From Ignavibacteriota bacterium (GTDB taxonomy: Bacteria > Bacteroidota > Ignavibacteria > Palsa-1295): a DNA stretch of 64,000 bases. Below are positions 50,941-62,391 of this stretch, piece after piece; the stretch's first letter is position 1; each line of letters begins with the position of its first letter. Location of the stretch: contig CAWBEI010000002.1 in assembly GCA_963787835.1 (NCBI GenBank), positions 256,001-320,000 of the forward strand. Reading direction: 5' to 3'. The notes below the pieces were generated by a model, which was not told where the DNA came from, ran no database searches, and saw only the letters and a program-made list of their open reading frames with translations. The position numbers and the translations under genes were made by a program.

Positions 50941-51561
50941 TCAAGCATGTTCAGAATGCAGGAACACACGAGCCGCCTCAGAGTTGCTCCCGGCCGCACT
51001 TTTCGCGATATAATTTCGCAATAAAGAAATTCCTTTTCCCGTCGAACTTGATGTGCTAAAAATTTCCACAACGGAGGAAGTCTCTTTAATCGAACGAATA
51101 TGCCGGGCCAGATCCTGCTGTTTTGCCTTATCGCATTTCGTTAGCACGATAAAGAACGGAAGCTGATTGTCACGAAACCAGCGAAGTACCACCTCGTCGC
51201 TCTCAAGTTGCGGATGGCGAGCGTCAATAAGAAGCCCGATCTCAGCAAGCTCCTTGCGTTCAAGAAAATACCGCTCCGTGAGCAACGCCCACTGCACCCG
51301 TTCCGATTTTGCAAGCTTGGCATATCCAAACCCTGGCATATCGACGAGAAAGAACTCCTTATTGATAAGGTAGTAATTCAGTGTGCGGGTTTTCCCAGGA
51401 GTGGAGCTTGTTTTTGCAAGCTGTTTCCTATCCGCAAGCGCGTTTATTAACGACGATTTGCCAACGTTCGACCTGCCTATCAATGCAACCTCCGGCTTGC
51501 CACCGATGGGCAGAGATTCGAAAGCGGAATAACTGGAAACAAACGCGGCTTCGAACTTCAT
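50941..51561 (-). CDS. yihA: Ribosome biogenesis GTP-binding protein YihA/YsxC (EngB)
   Basis: GRSNVGKSSLIN, TSSTPGKT, DMPGFGYA, TKCDK. Confidence 0.95.
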   Translation of the reverse strand: MKFEAAFVSSYSAFESLPIGGKPEVALIGRSNVGKSSLINALADRKQLAKTSSTPGKTRTLNYYLINKEFFLVDMPGFGYAKLAKSERVQWALLTERYFLERKELAEIGLLIDARHPQLESDEVVLRWFRDNQLPFFIVLTKCDKAKQQDLARHIRSIKETSSVVEIFSTSSSTGKGISLLRNYIAKSAAGSNSEAARVFLHSEHA

Positions 51562-51599
51562 AATGAAAGGCGGAACAATGAGGGGCTCTTCGAACGCCG

Positions 51600-52895
51600 T
51601 TATTCTTTATTATTGCTTTTAGGATCGGTGGTATCGGTATCCTCAGGATGAGCTTTCTTTTCGGCTTCGGCTTTTTCCACCTCTGACTTGAGTTTCTTAT
51701 AATACCCTAACTGCTGATTAAAATACGTATTGTCATCCTTCGGAGCGTGGCTAACGGCTGTTTCTTCATCATGGATCGCATCGTCCCAGTGGTGCAAACG
51801 CCCATTTACCAGCGCCCGGGTATCGAAATAATTGGGATCGGTATCGTTTTTCGAAATTGCCTCATTGATAAGTGCGAAGGCATGCTGAAAATCCGTGGAG
51901 AAGCTCGCAAGATTCCATGCGTAATCATTCAGAAGATCGGGATCTCTGTAGTTCGTAAATGCGAAGATTCGCTCGTACATTGCCGAGGCACTATCGTGCT
52001 TTTTGGTCTTTTCAAAATGGTCGAGCAGTCGATTAAGAAGATCTAAATGCAAAAGGCTATCCTGTTCCCCTTTGCCGAGTGAAGCAATAAAATTTTCGAT
52101 CGGCACTGTATTTCCTTCAACCTTAAGCCGAAGATAGGCATAACGTAATTCGGCTGTTCGAGCGATAGCCGGAAAATCCTTCGAGTGTGCCAGACCCTCG
52201 AGATGGTAGAGCACGCTATCATATTTCGAACGCTGCTCGAACATATCAATAAGTTGTTCTCGCATTACAATGGAAGTTGTGTCCTTCCAAAACGCAGCGA
52301 TCATGCTTTTCAGCGTGTTCCGGCCTGCGAGAATGTCTGTAAGGCGTTGTTCCAACTGAGAAGCAGTAAATTGCTGTGGAAAAACGATTCGATCCATTTC
52401 TGCCTTGTCTGGACCGATAACGATCATCGCGGGACGAACGGCAATGCCATAATCCTTCTCAAGGCCACTCAAGCGCCAGCCAAGATTTCGGAGACTATCC
52501 AACCCCACCGCTGGCGGCGGATCGACCGCGAAATCAACCATGGAGGGTTCGAAGTGGGTCTTAATAAATTTTTGAAGAGAATCGCTTGTGATCACTTCCC
52601 GTGCAAGACGAATGCTGTTCGAATCAATGAGGTCAAGATCAAATGCAAGCGTGGGTTTGCCCGAATGCGCGGATGTTAGCACCGCATCATCCCACATCGT
52701 TTGAAATGGGAATTCATAGTGGATCGCCGGCGTGGTACTGAGCCGAGGGTTAATTGGCTGCTGCTGCGACCGAATCGGGGCAGCGCCTGCAACCATTATG
52801 CAGGCAGCAATAATAGCAGGGAAAAATAGTGCGCGGATAGGAATATTTTGCTTTTCGATGCCCCAAGAACACGCGAAATGCCGCTCGGTTTCCAA
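51600..52895 (-). CDS. Exported protein with thioredoxin-like fold (no CxxC) and TPR repeats
   Basis: Signal-like segment; W.DA...A...GKP, YGIAVRPAMIVI; LLNDYAWNLA...YFDTRA TPR-like. Confidence 0.65.
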   Translation of the reverse strand: METERHFACSWGIEKQNIPIRALFFPAIIAACIMVAGAAPIRSQQQPINPRLSTTPAIHYEFPFQTMWDDAVLTSAHSGKPTLAFDLDLIDSNSIRLAREVITSDSLQKFIKTHFEPSMVDFAVDPPPAVGLDSLRNLGWRLSGLEKDYGIAVRPAMIVIGPDKAEMDRIVFPQQFTASQLEQRLTDILAGRNTLKSMIAAFWKDTTSIVMREQLIDMFEQRSKYDSVLYHLEGLAHSKDFPAIARTAELRYAYLRLKVEGNTVPIENFIASLGKGEQDSLLHLDLLNRLLDHFEKTKKHDSASAMYERIFAFTNYRDPDLLNDYAWNLASFSTDFQHAFALINEAISKNDTDPNYFDTRALVNGRLHHWDDAIHDEETAVSHAPKDDNTYFNQQLGYYKKLKSEVEKAEAEKKAHPEDTDTTDPKSNNKE

Positions 52896-52982
52896 TGATC
52901 TATGTTTTAATCAGAAAAGCAAGGATATAGAACGAAAAACAGCTTGCGTTGCGTTAGTTCTTCAGATCGAATGAGGTGAACC

Positions 52983-53549
52983 ATGCTCGCAGAAATTCAA
53001 GACCGAAAAACACTCTATCGGAAGACGTATGAGGATTATACAAAGCTCCCCGATTATCCCCGCTATGAGCTTATCGACGGAGAGTTCATTTTGACACCAA
53101 GCCCGACGTTCGATCATCAGGGAGTCAGCTTCGAACTCTCCTATTTGCTTGCTGAATATTTACGCCGGAACAAAATCGGACGCGCCGTGGCCGCACCGAT
53201 GGATGTGATATTCGATCAATGGAATGTCTGCCAGCCAGACCTTCTTTTTGTCTCGAACGAGCAGGCGTCCATTATAAAATCCGGCAGAGTGTTTGGAGCG
53301 CCTGATCTGGTTATGGAATTACTCTCCCCCTCCAACAGCTACCTCGATCTCACCAAAAAGAAAGAGCTGTACGAACGGTTTGGAGTCAATGAATATTGGA
53401 TCGTCGATCCGATGGAGCATTCCATTGACATATTCTCGAACCGAAATGGCACATTCGAACTCTCATTTTCCGGACGTGGCAATGGCAAAGCTCCCTCGGA
53501 AGTGTTGCCGGGGTTTATTGTAAATATTGAAGAATTGTTTGCACGGTAG
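52983..53549 (+). CDS. Uma2-family (PD-(D/E)XK) endonuclease-like protein
   Basis: RYELIDG, PSP...HQ, QPDLLFV, GAPDLVMELLSPS, KKELYERFGVNEYWIVDP. Confidence 0.92.
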   Translation: MLAEIQDRKTLYRKTYEDYTKLPDYPRYELIDGEFILTPSPTFDHQGVSFELSYLLAEYLRRNKIGRAVAAPMDVIFDQWNVCQPDLLFVSNEQASIIKSGRVFGAPDLVMELLSPSNSYLDLTKKKELYERFGVNEYWIVDPMEHSIDIFSNRNGTFELSFSGRGNGKAPSEVLPGFIVNIEELFAR

Positions 53550-53562
53550 AAATTCCGCACAC

Positions 53563-55837
53563 TCAATCATGACGCCTATGTTGTTCTGGCGGTGCGTGAT
53601 GGCGGCCCGGCGGATCGGGGAGCGGCCTTAACTCGATCTCTCGTGGAGGGTTTTCAAGAGTATTTGAATCCGCAACGTGATCTACTCCAGGGAAATCGGG
53701 CGAGGAAGTATTAGAATAGCTTGTGTTGAAATACTGCATCTTCGGGCGTAGTGCATCATAGGCGTATTTCATGAATAATCCCCAAATGGGCGCGGCAGCT
53801 CGTCCACCTTGTCCGTCGGCGCCATTGAAGGTGATGCGTTTATCGTCGAATCCGACCCACACGCCTGCAGTGTATTGCGGCGTGTATCCGACGAACCATG
53901 CATCGGCGTAGTTCTGCGTAGTACCCGTCTTGCCGGCTGCTGGAAAATGGAAGCCGACCGATCGAATGCGGGAACCCGTACCGGCATTGACCACATCGCT
54001 GAGCGCGGAGGTCATCTCGTGGCAGATCCCTGGATCAATCACGTTGTCGAGTTCGGGATGCGCACGGTAGATCACTTTACCATTGCGATCTTCGACGCGA
54101 AAAATTGCGTATGGCGTCGAGTGAACGCCTTCATTCGCGAACGTGCTGTAGGCACTCGTTATTTCCAGCGGGCTTACTTCCGCCGTTCCCAGCGCGATCG
54201 AGGGATAGGGTGGAACATTCGAATGGATACCAAGCCGCTTTGCCATTTTTACCACATCTTGTACAGAAGTGATCTCCAGGATCGCATGGACCGCACACAG
54301 ATTCACCGAATATTGCAGCGCCGTCCGGATGGTACGCATTCCGCCCGGCTCTTCACCTTCAAAATTGCCGGGCGTCCAGATATGATTCCCATCCTGCATG
54401 GAGATCGGCTCATTCGATACTTCTGTTTCCGGACTTGCACCGCGCTCAAAGCAGGATGCATAAATGATAGGCTTGAACGCTGAACCCGGCTGACGGACGA
54501 TCTGCGTTACATGGTTCAACCCGTAGCGCGCTTCCTTGAAATTGGAGCTCCCGACCATGGCAAGAATCTGACCCGTAGATTGATCGATGCACACAAAGCC
54601 ACATTGCATACGAATGGCCGCATGCTTCACGCTGTCAATAAAATTCGCATTTCCACGAAGCCGAGATTCGACGTCCTTTCGATTCCCGGACTGAGCTGTG
54701 CGATATTCCAGGCTTGCATGAATGGCTTTTGTGACGAGTGAATCGAATAGGCCTTTGTGAGCGTCCCAATTCCATCGCTTATCGACAACATTTTTTTGAT
54801 ACTGTGCAATATGCTCCTCGACCGCTTTGTTCGCCGCGCGCTGCATGGTAGCGTTCAGCGTTGTATAGACAATAAGGCCATCGCGATACAGATCGTAGCC
54901 GCGCAATTCCGGTTTGCGAGAGAGTTCCTGCCGGATCATCTCCACAAAATGTGGTGCAATCCCGGCATCGGCTTTTAATGGCTGAACTTTAATGGGTTCA
55001 GCTTTGCATGCCATCACCTTCTCAGAAGAGAGATACCTGGTTTCGACCATGTTTTGCAGCACGGTATTACGCCGTGCCATGGCGCGGTCATAATTCTCTT
55101 CCGGATCGTAATTCTCCGGCCCCTTGAGAATTCCGATGAGAAACGCACCTTCAGAGGTCGTAAGCTGACCCACATCCTTACCGAAATACACCTGGCTGCG
55201 CCGTCTCGATGCCATACGCGCCGCGCCCAAAATACGCGACGTTCAGATACATTTCCAGAATTTCGTTCTTAGTATGCGTGCGCTCGATCTGCACCGCCGA
55301 GGCCATTTCCCGCAGCTTGCGCATTGGGCTCTTCTTTTGGCTGAGATAAAGGTTCCTCGCGAGCTGCTGCGTGATCGTGCTGGCGCCTTGCCTCGGCGAG
55401 AACGTGACAAGATCCGTCCATGCAGCCCGAATATTGCCCCAAAAATTAATTCCCCAATGCTTGTAGAAATCCCGGTCTTCAGTGGCGATAAGTGCAGCGA
55501 CCACATCGGGGGGAACATCCTTCAATCGGGCGGCTCTGCGGTTCTTAATGTAATATTGATCGAGCCGTTCTCCATCGGCACTGATAAGCTGCGTGGCAAG
55601 TTCCGGATGCGGATTTTCTAATTGGTCGAGCGTAGGCATTCCGCGGGCGATCGCAAACCAAAGCCAAATAAAAATCCCCGCAGCGAGAAGAAGTGTACTG
55701 CCGGAGACGATCTGCCAGCGCTTGATGCGATGAACGCGGCTGTGTGAAAAAACAAAAGGATATTCGTTACCTTCGACAGATGCAGTATCATCCGCAGTCA
55801 CATCATCCTCATGGTCGAGCCACCAATGTTTAGGCAT
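53563..55837 (-). CDS. Class A penicillin-binding protein 1A (frameshift at ~55197)
   Basis: TM anchor; ATEDRDFYKH, QGASTITQQLARN (transglycosylase); SAFK, SVN, KTG (transpeptidase) across ORFs 55178-55837 and 53563-55230. Confidence 0.92.
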
Positions 55838-55845
55838 GCTTCAAT

Positions 55846-56586
55846 TTATGCGGCTTGTTCGATCCGGAACCCATTTTCATCAAAGACGCCATAGGTATAG
55901 CTGTGGATCCAATCCCCAAGATTCACATACGTACCCTCCGCAAAGGTTATCAACTGCGGCGAATGACGGTGTCCCATCACGACATAGTCGATCCCTCCCT
56001 GCTCAATTTGTTTTTCGGCAAAATTTCGAAGGCCATCCACTCTGTGAAGCGCATCCCGCTGATCGGTATAGGATCGCGAACGCCCGGAGATCCATTCAGC
56101 AAAACGGATCCCCAGATCGGGGTGGATAAGCCGGTATCCGGCCTGCAAAATGGGATTGCGAAGAATGCCGCGCAAGATCAGATACCCCCGGTCGTTCGCA
56201 GCCTTGCCATCGCCGTGTGAAATGTAGAAGTGTTTGCCAAGTAGCGTTCGCTCGATATCGCCACGACGCACAGGAATCGAAAGCTCCTTCTCGAAATAAT
56301 TTTGGTGGCCAAAATCGTGATTCCCCATGAGATATTCGACCGGAACAAGTTCGGCAATGCGGGCAAGCCCGGCGATCGTCCGAACATGGCGGCGTGGAAT
56401 AACGGAGGAAAACTCGAACCACGAATCGAAAAGGTCTCCCACGATAAAGAGTCCGCGTACTTCCCCAGCCCGTGCTTGGGCGAGAATGTCATCCAGCAGA
56501 CGCACGAGCCGGTTTTCACGCTCGTGGTCTTCGGCTGGAGGGCCATAGCCCAAATGCACATCGCTGATGAAGTAGTATTTCGACAT
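55846..56586 (-). CDS. lpxH: UDP-2,3-diacylglucosamine hydrolase (LpxH-like metallophosphoesterase)
   Basis: Probable ATG at 56586; ISDVHLG, GDLFD, GNHDF, HGD, GHRH, NLGDW. Confidence 0.85.
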   Translation of the reverse strand: MSKYYFISDVHLGYGPPAEDHERENRLVRLLDDILAQARAGEVRGLFIVGDLFDSWFEFSSVIPRRHVRTIAGLARIAELVPVEYLMGNHDFGHQNYFEKELSIPVRRGDIERTLLGKHFYISHGDGKAANDRGYLILRGILRNPILQAGYRLIHPDLGIRFAEWISGRSRSYTDQRDALHRVDGLRNFAEKQIEQGGIDYVVMGHRHSPQLITFAEGTYVNLGDWIHSYTYGVFDENGFRIEQAA

Positions 56587-56730
56587 AAATTCTTTCGAAA
56601 CGGCCAAACACCGTCTGAAGGCTAACACCGTAGAGCCTTCATCCGTCCTCACTGAAATAATTCTTCTGTTCTTGTAACAATCGGGCGTTCGCAGTGTTTT
56701 TATAGAAACAAACCCATCAGACGAATATTA

Positions 56731-58299
56731 ATGACCCGAAGAACAATCCGATCTCTCGCAGTAGCTGCTTGTTTGCTCATTGCTGCGATCGTAGCGATAG
56801 TGCCGGGTTGCCGGCCATCGTGTGACAGCATCCCCACCGAAGGGCTTGCCAGCGTGCGCATTTTGAATGCCGTCAGCAATTCGGCCTTACTCCTTGTGTA
56901 CGTCGATGGTAAACTGTTTGACAGTTGCTGGTACGACATCGATAACAAATACTATAATTGGAATCATAACCATGTGTTCGGGTATCGAAACACGTATCTT
57001 TCGGATGGATCTGAGCTTCGAGCTGGTTTTCACCATGTGGCAGGGATGGATGCTACTACGCGTGACACCGTTGCCACCTGGAATGGGGTGCTGAATCAAT
57101 ATCGCCAAAGTTTGATCTTTCCCGGAAAAATGAACGGCGCGCCATCGCAAACCCCGCAGGACAGACAAAACTCCGATCGTAGAGTCCGGTATATGAATGA
57201 CGTAACGCGCGGCCCAGAGGCACGCTCTTTTGCACGATTCATAAACGCCGTTCCGGATATTGGAGGCACAAGCGCAGGTGGCTTAGATGTCTATTTCGCC
57301 AACACTCCAACCACCGTTTCTGGAAAGGCTCATCCTGATCTCCGAATTCATTTCGATAGCATATCCTATAATAATGGCCTCGATATCGGGACTGGATTAG
57401 ATTCCAACGATTATTTGGAATTCCCTGCTCAAGTGCCGGGTCTGCTCATTATGCCGGTAAACGATACGAATACGAACGATGCGATCCTAAACTTTCCGCA
57501 TCCGCTTCCTACTTCGGAATTCCTCGCCACCATCGTGGTTCGGGGAGAGACCAACCCAAGCGGCACCGATCCGATCGCATCGGTGCTCGTGCTTGAAGAC
57601 GGCCAGCAGGCCCAGGGTAACTTTGCATTCGACATCCTGAGTCTCGGCGTGCGCATGGTGAACGCAACGAAATATGATTCCCTCAGCCTGTTAATTTCAA
57701 ATCCGTTAGATGAAACACCTTCTACTCCGCGCACTTTCTCTAATCTACCCTATCCGACTCAGATCAAAGTAACGGACATTACGCCGGATTCCGTCAGCGA
57801 TTACATGGCGCTTGGAACCACGCCACCCTATTACACTTTCTGGTTCGGTTCCTTTCCCAATTCGAGCGACACCTTATTCCACTTCAGCAGTAATGACTCT
57901 GACAAGGTCGCGACGGTTATTATCCCGCCACTGAACCCAAACACCCGTTATACCTTTGTGGCGATCGATACCATACCCCACGATGCCGGAAAGGCAGGCA
58001 TCAATTTACTGGAATTAGTGGACAGCGTTTCTACACCGGACAATGTGGCGTTGGGCCGGGTCCGTTTTGTGAATGCCACCTCTGATTATTCTGCGAGTTT
58101 CACATTCTCGGGTCAAAAGATAAGTTTAGGAAAGCGAGGCATCGCGTATGCCGATACAGCGGCTGGAACTTATACTATTTCCATAAATAGTGGTGCGGGA
58201 AGCATAACCCTCCCCGTTCAGTCTGGTTCGCCGACCACCGTATTTTTCATGCCCGCGCAGCCGGGCGATCCCATTCCATACCGCATCAGCACGCAATAA
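56731..58299 (+). CDS. Lipoprotein with tandem DUF4397-like domains
   Basis: Lipobox-like IVPG-C; four repeats VRILNA / ARFINAVPD / VRMVNA / VRFVNA. Confidence 0.75.
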   Translation: MTRRTIRSLAVAACLLIAAIVAIVPGCRPSCDSIPTEGLASVRILNAVSNSALLLVYVDGKLFDSCWYDIDNKYYNWNHNHVFGYRNTYLSDGSELRAGFHHVAGMDATTRDTVATWNGVLNQYRQSLIFPGKMNGAPSQTPQDRQNSDRRVRYMNDVTRGPEARSFARFINAVPDIGGTSAGGLDVYFANTPTTVSGKAHPDLRIHFDSISYNNGLDIGTGLDSNDYLEFPAQVPGLLIMPVNDTNTNDAILNFPHPLPTSEFLATIVVRGETNPSGTDPIASVLVLEDGQQAQGNFAFDILSLGVRMVNATKYDSLSLLISNPLDETPSTPRTFSNLPYPTQIKVTDITPDSVSDYMALGTTPPYYTFWFGSFPNSSDTLFHFSSNDSDKVATVIIPPLNPNTRYTFVAIDTIPHDAGKAGINLLELVDSVSTPDNVALGRVRFVNATSDYSASFTFSGQKISLGKRGIAYADTAAGTYTISINSGAGSITLPVQSGSPTTVFFMPAQPGDPIPYRISTQ

Positions 58300-58568
58300 T
58301 GGCCGAGAAACCACGCGTACAATTTATTACCAAAGAGGAAGGATGTTCCCTTTGCGATGACGCTTTCGAAGAGATCGAATCCGCAATGGACTACGTGGAG
58401 TTCGATCTCGATATCGTAAAGATCCGCCCAGGTGACGAGTTATGGGAGCGATATTGGGACAAGATCCCTGTGATCGTGATCGACGGCAAAGTTGCGTTCA
58501 CTCATAGGACGACAAGAGATCTCCTGATACGGAAGTTGCGTCCGAAACGCGGCTGGAAGTTCTGGTAA
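58299..58568 (+). CDS. Glutaredoxin-like protein (DUF836 type)
   Basis: CSLC motif, Y..KIPVIVIDG. Confidence 0.85.
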   Translation: MAEKPRVQFITKEEGCSLCDDAFEEIESAMDYVEFDLDIVKIRPGDELWERYWDKIPVIVIDGKVAFTHRTTRDLLIRKLRPKRGWKFW

Positions 58569-58575
58569 TGAAAAA

Positions 58576-58670
58576 CGTCATTGCGAGGAGAAATTGCGCA
58601 GCGAAGCGGAGCAATTTGGACGAAGCAATCTCTTCACATTATGCGACCAGATTGCTTCGTCGAGATTGAC
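58576..58670. repeat. CGTC-type REP/RPE-like palindromic element between convergent genes
   Basis: CGTCATTGCGAGG...GACGAAGCAATCT...AGATTGCTTCGTC...TGAC, with a nested AAATTGC..GCAATTT palindrome. Confidence 0.75.
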
Positions 58671-58686
58671 ATTAATAATACAATTC

Positions 58687-60391
58687 TTAATGTGCCACCA
58701 CCATCGGCCTCGTTACTGTTTGTGTGGCTGTTTTTAAGCGATAGAAATACGCACCGCTCGGCAGTTTGCTAACATCGAAGCTTACCTGCTGATTTCCGGC
58801 CGATTGCCAGCCATCCACCGGCCGCGCGATCTCTACCCCATCGCTCGAAAAGATCCCAAGCTGAACCGGACCCGCCACATCGAGCATGTAAGGGATTGTG
58901 GTCGAGGCTATTGCAGGATTCGGGTAATTCTGTAGAAGCATGAGACCAACAGTGCCTGGAGCAGAACCTACATAATTTACGGTCGAGTTTTTGAAAAGTC
59001 CCAGCGATTGCCACGGCGTCTTCGTTGTAGAATAGGTCGCACTCGAATCCTGCGTCAAGACATCCTGAACTACGGTGTTGATCGTACCCTGATCCGCGCC
59101 AGCCATGAGCCACTCGTTGATCATTGTGGCATAGACGTTGCGGAAATCGTGAGTTGGGTCGTAGGCAAGGTTTCCAGGCACGCCCTCATTATTATTGTTG
59201 ATCTCATTTGGATCGGATGTTGAGGTCGAAAGATCGGGATCGCTGCCATAGAACCGCGCCCTTGACCATCGTGCCAATAACGAAATGCGGCGCGGATGTT
59301 CCGTGATCGGTTCCGGAACCATTCTCCACCACGCGGCGGCCGAATTCGGAATAGGTCATCATGGCAACGGTATCGGCCATGTTCACGCCATTGATCGTTC
59401 CGAATGCTTCGAGGTCCTGCTGGAATGCAAGCACAGCCGCAGAGAGATCGGTGAGTAAACTCGCCTGCCGTGTGATCTGATCGGCATGTGTGTCGTAACT
59501 GCCTTGCGTGACAAGATAAATTTTGGTTTGGACAGGCCCATTCTGTAATTGGCTTGCGATCATTTGTGCAATACCAGCAAGCTGCGTGGCGAGCGCGCTC
59601 GATGGATAGGTTACTTTGTTCGTCATGACGCTACGCCCTACGATGGTCTGCGAATAAACTTGGGATTCCTGTTGAATAAGACGAACAAAAGCAAGTTCGT
59701 TGTATTGTGTTGTTGGGTTCGGTGGAATAGCGTCATAAGGATTTCCACCCGGCGCCGCTTTGGATGGCATAGAATTCATAGCAATCCCCATCCCTCCGTT
59801 CGCGCCTAAGAAAATATCGCTGAGCGCATTGCCGAATTCTATACCCAGCGGCCAATTGCCTAGGCCCGTTTGCGGTGCGCCATATTGATTGGCAAGGAAC
59901 CTTCCCACCCATCCGGTCGTGGCATAGATGCCGCTATCGGTTGCCGTGTTCCACACATCGGTGCCGCGAAAATGCGAAAGGATCGGGTTCGGGTAACCGA
60001 CGTTTTGGAGAATGGCCATCGGCCCGTTCCCGCCTCCGTTGCCGTAGAGCGTTAAAAAATCCCCCATTGCGCTATGGAACGCAAGGGACTGATGATCGGG
60101 AAGCGGGCCCGTAATGTCTGAACCAAAAAGCCCAAGCGTAGGCCGAAGCTGCTTATAATTGGCATACTGCGGACTGGAGCTTGTCGGCACGACGCAGTTT
60201 AGCCCATCGTTCCCACCCTGAAGCTGAATGATGACGAGCACATTGTTATTCGTGCTGCCCGAAGCTTCGAGCAAACTTCGCAGCGGTGAACGACCGAATG
60301 CGCGTATAGGCAAACCGCCGAGCAGTACCGGCAGCGTGTTCGCCGCCACACCAATCTTTAGTCCTGTTTTTAAGAAATCGCGACGTTTCAT
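58687..60391 (-). CDS. DUF1501-family protein with Tat signal and T9SS type A CTD (frameshift at ~59256)
   Basis: MKRRDFLK; IQLQGGNDGLN, GYPNP.LSHF, YDTH, YSEFGRR, GTDHG; second piece FYGSDP..DFRNVYA and QNYPNP...SGAYFYRL. Confidence 0.88.
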
Positions 60392-60406
60392 AGGTATTCT
60401 CCTCGT

Positions 60407-60515
60407 GTAGCTCCGACTTTTAGTCGGAGTGCGGGCTTTTCCAGCCCGTCATGTAAACGTTAGTTCAACCCGTTCGGGCTTGAAAGCCCGGGCAAAGACT
60501 AAAAGTCTGTGCTAC
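60407..60515. repeat. GTAG-type REP doublet (REPIN-like) with nested palindromes
   Basis: GTAGCTCCGACTTTTAGTCGGAG ... AGACTAAAAGTCTGTGCTAC, enclosing two CGGGCT..AGCCCG hairpins. Confidence 0.8.
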
Positions 60516-60528
60516 CCGTTTTTTTACT

Positions 60529-62322
60529 CTAAAATAATTGAAATTCCGGAAGTTGTGCTAAATCAGGAGCAAAAGTCGGTACTTGTGTTCCAATGACATC
60601 ATCGGTTTTGGTCGGATCCGGCGCAAGTTGCGTGGATTCGATCGGCCCCAGTGTGAAGGCCAGCGATATTTCTTCGAGATCGGAGAAAAGCACGCCTTCT
60701 GCGAGTGTATCTGCGTTGGCGATCTGATCGGCGTAGGTCGTCGCACTAAACGTCAATACCGATTTATTATTAAGTATGGAATTGCTATAATTCTGACGGC
60801 CCTGAAACGATCCCGCCGAGAGCCAGTTTTGCCCACCCGGCCAACCAGCCACATTCGGAGGGTTCAGCAATTGCTGTCCTTGGGAATTGTTCATGATCGT
60901 GTTCGTCATGTAGGAAATGTCCGGGTTGGTATCGGTATATTCTTCGTTTCCGTTTCCATCCTTCTTCAGAGCGTCTGGCGGATCGGCGGGATTAAATGCT
61001 GTATATGTCAGCCCAAATTCACGAACGAGGCTACCCATGTATTCCGCAGGACTCTTGATCTGCGCACCAATGACCTCATCCGAGTAAAAATGCGCGCTCG
61101 TCAGCAACGCCTGCATGACCGGCGCAATGTCGAACGGATTATACGGACTCGGAGGATTCAGCATGAGCTGCGCCATAGCATCGCGAATTTGCCCCTGAGG
61201 ATAGTCCGTAGTAGGCGGGTCGGTGATAGTAGGATCGTAATGGACGAACGTCTTATACAATCTCTGGCAGGCCCAATACGCAGCGGTATAACCTTCGGGG
61301 AACCCCGTGGGCAGTCCTAACAAGGCTGCGGATGCCGATGTTGGCTGCTGAAAGATAATATCGATCACATTCGTGGAAGCATTACTCGTCAACCCCAAAT
61401 TGCCCGTCACTCCCAAGAACGTTTTTGAATTCGGATCGAACCGGCTGCTACTGAACTGCCCCACAAAAGGCGAGGTAGTCGTCGGCGTCCATCCTGTAAG
61501 TGCCTGCGCGTTTGCTTCGACATCGTTCTGCGTGTAATTCGGGGTGTCGGTTCCCGGGAAGGTTATTCCGAGCGTAAACAGCTCCATGACCTCACGTGCG
61601 TAGTTTTCGTTGATGTCATTCGCTTTGCTCGTCCAGTAATTAGTATCTCCATTGAGATACAGGAGCATTGCAGGGTCGATGGTAATGGCTTGCGCAAACG
61701 TTTTGAAGTTCCCAAGCGCATTCGTCATGCAGGTGATGAGGTACTGATAGGCGTACGCCGAAATGTAATTGATGCTCGACGTGCCAATGACAAAATGATT
61801 CGTCCACATCAGCGTCATTTTCTGACGGATGGAGAGATTCTCCTGCATCATCTGGTCGAACCACCAATTTTCGATCTCCTGACATTGCAACGCCAGCAGG
61901 TTCGGGCCACCGCTGGAATTGATGGTGTTAAGCCATGATGCAAATGGTGCGGGAATTGGATCGGTCGTCAAATCCTGGCAGGCAAGAAGCTGTGTGACGA
62001 TGGCATTCATCGGCGTAGTCGCAACCGAGCCGAACGGCCCGATCTTTTGCGCAGCCAGAAATTGCGATTCCGGCACACCGAACATCGAGCGGCGCAGCAA
62101 ATGCCATAGCTGCGTTGCACCCCACGCCCCCGTATAAGGCGAAAGATCCGTCGAAAGTGGTTGCATCGAACCACCGGGGCCTGAACGCCCGGCATTACCC
62201 GCGAATTGAGACCGCTTGGCAAACGCGGCGGATGGATCCAATGCCCCGATCAAACTACCAGCACCTATCGTACCGCCTAACACGGATGCGCCAGTGCTCT
62301 TCAAAAATGTTCTTCGTTCCAT
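60529..62322 (-). CDS. DUF1800-family protein with Tat signal
   Basis: MERRTFLK; HLLRR..FG, KMTLMWTNHF, PAMLLYL, NENYAREVMELFTLG, KSP, PPNVAGW. Confidence 0.9.
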   Translation of the reverse strand: MERRTFLKSTGASVLGGTIGAGSLIGALDPSAAFAKRSQFAGNAGRSGPGGSMQPLSTDLSPYTGAWGATQLWHLLRRSMFGVPESQFLAAQKIGPFGSVATTPMNAIVTQLLACQDLTTDPIPAPFASWLNTINSSGGPNLLALQCQEIENWWFDQMMQENLSIRQKMTLMWTNHFVIGTSSINYISAYAYQYLITCMTNALGNFKTFAQAITIDPAMLLYLNGDTNYWTSKANDINENYAREVMELFTLGITFPGTDTPNYTQNDVEANAQALTGWTPTTTSPFVGQFSSSRFDPNSKTFLGVTGNLGLTSNASTNVIDIIFQQPTSASAALLGLPTGFPEGYTAAYWACQRLYKTFVHYDPTITDPPTTDYPQGQIRDAMAQLMLNPPSPYNPFDIAPVMQALLTSAHFYSDEVIGAQIKSPAEYMGSLVREFGLTYTAFNPADPPDALKKDGNGNEEYTDTNPDISYMTNTIMNNSQGQQLLNPPNVAGWPGGQNWLSAGSFQGRQNYSNSILNNKSVLTFSATTYADQIANADTLAEGVLFSDLEEISLAFTLGPIESTQLAPDPTKTDDVIGTQVPTFAPDLAQLPEFQLF

Positions 62323-62391
62323 AAAGAAGGCTCCCAGAAAAAAGCAGTTATTCCTAAGACGCTCGTTTTAACAAAATGGTTTAATAGTGGA

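Noticed and set aside
52983-53549. Uma2 gene as a defence or mobile element
   Set aside because: Solitary, common family; no methylase, terminal repeats or partner genes
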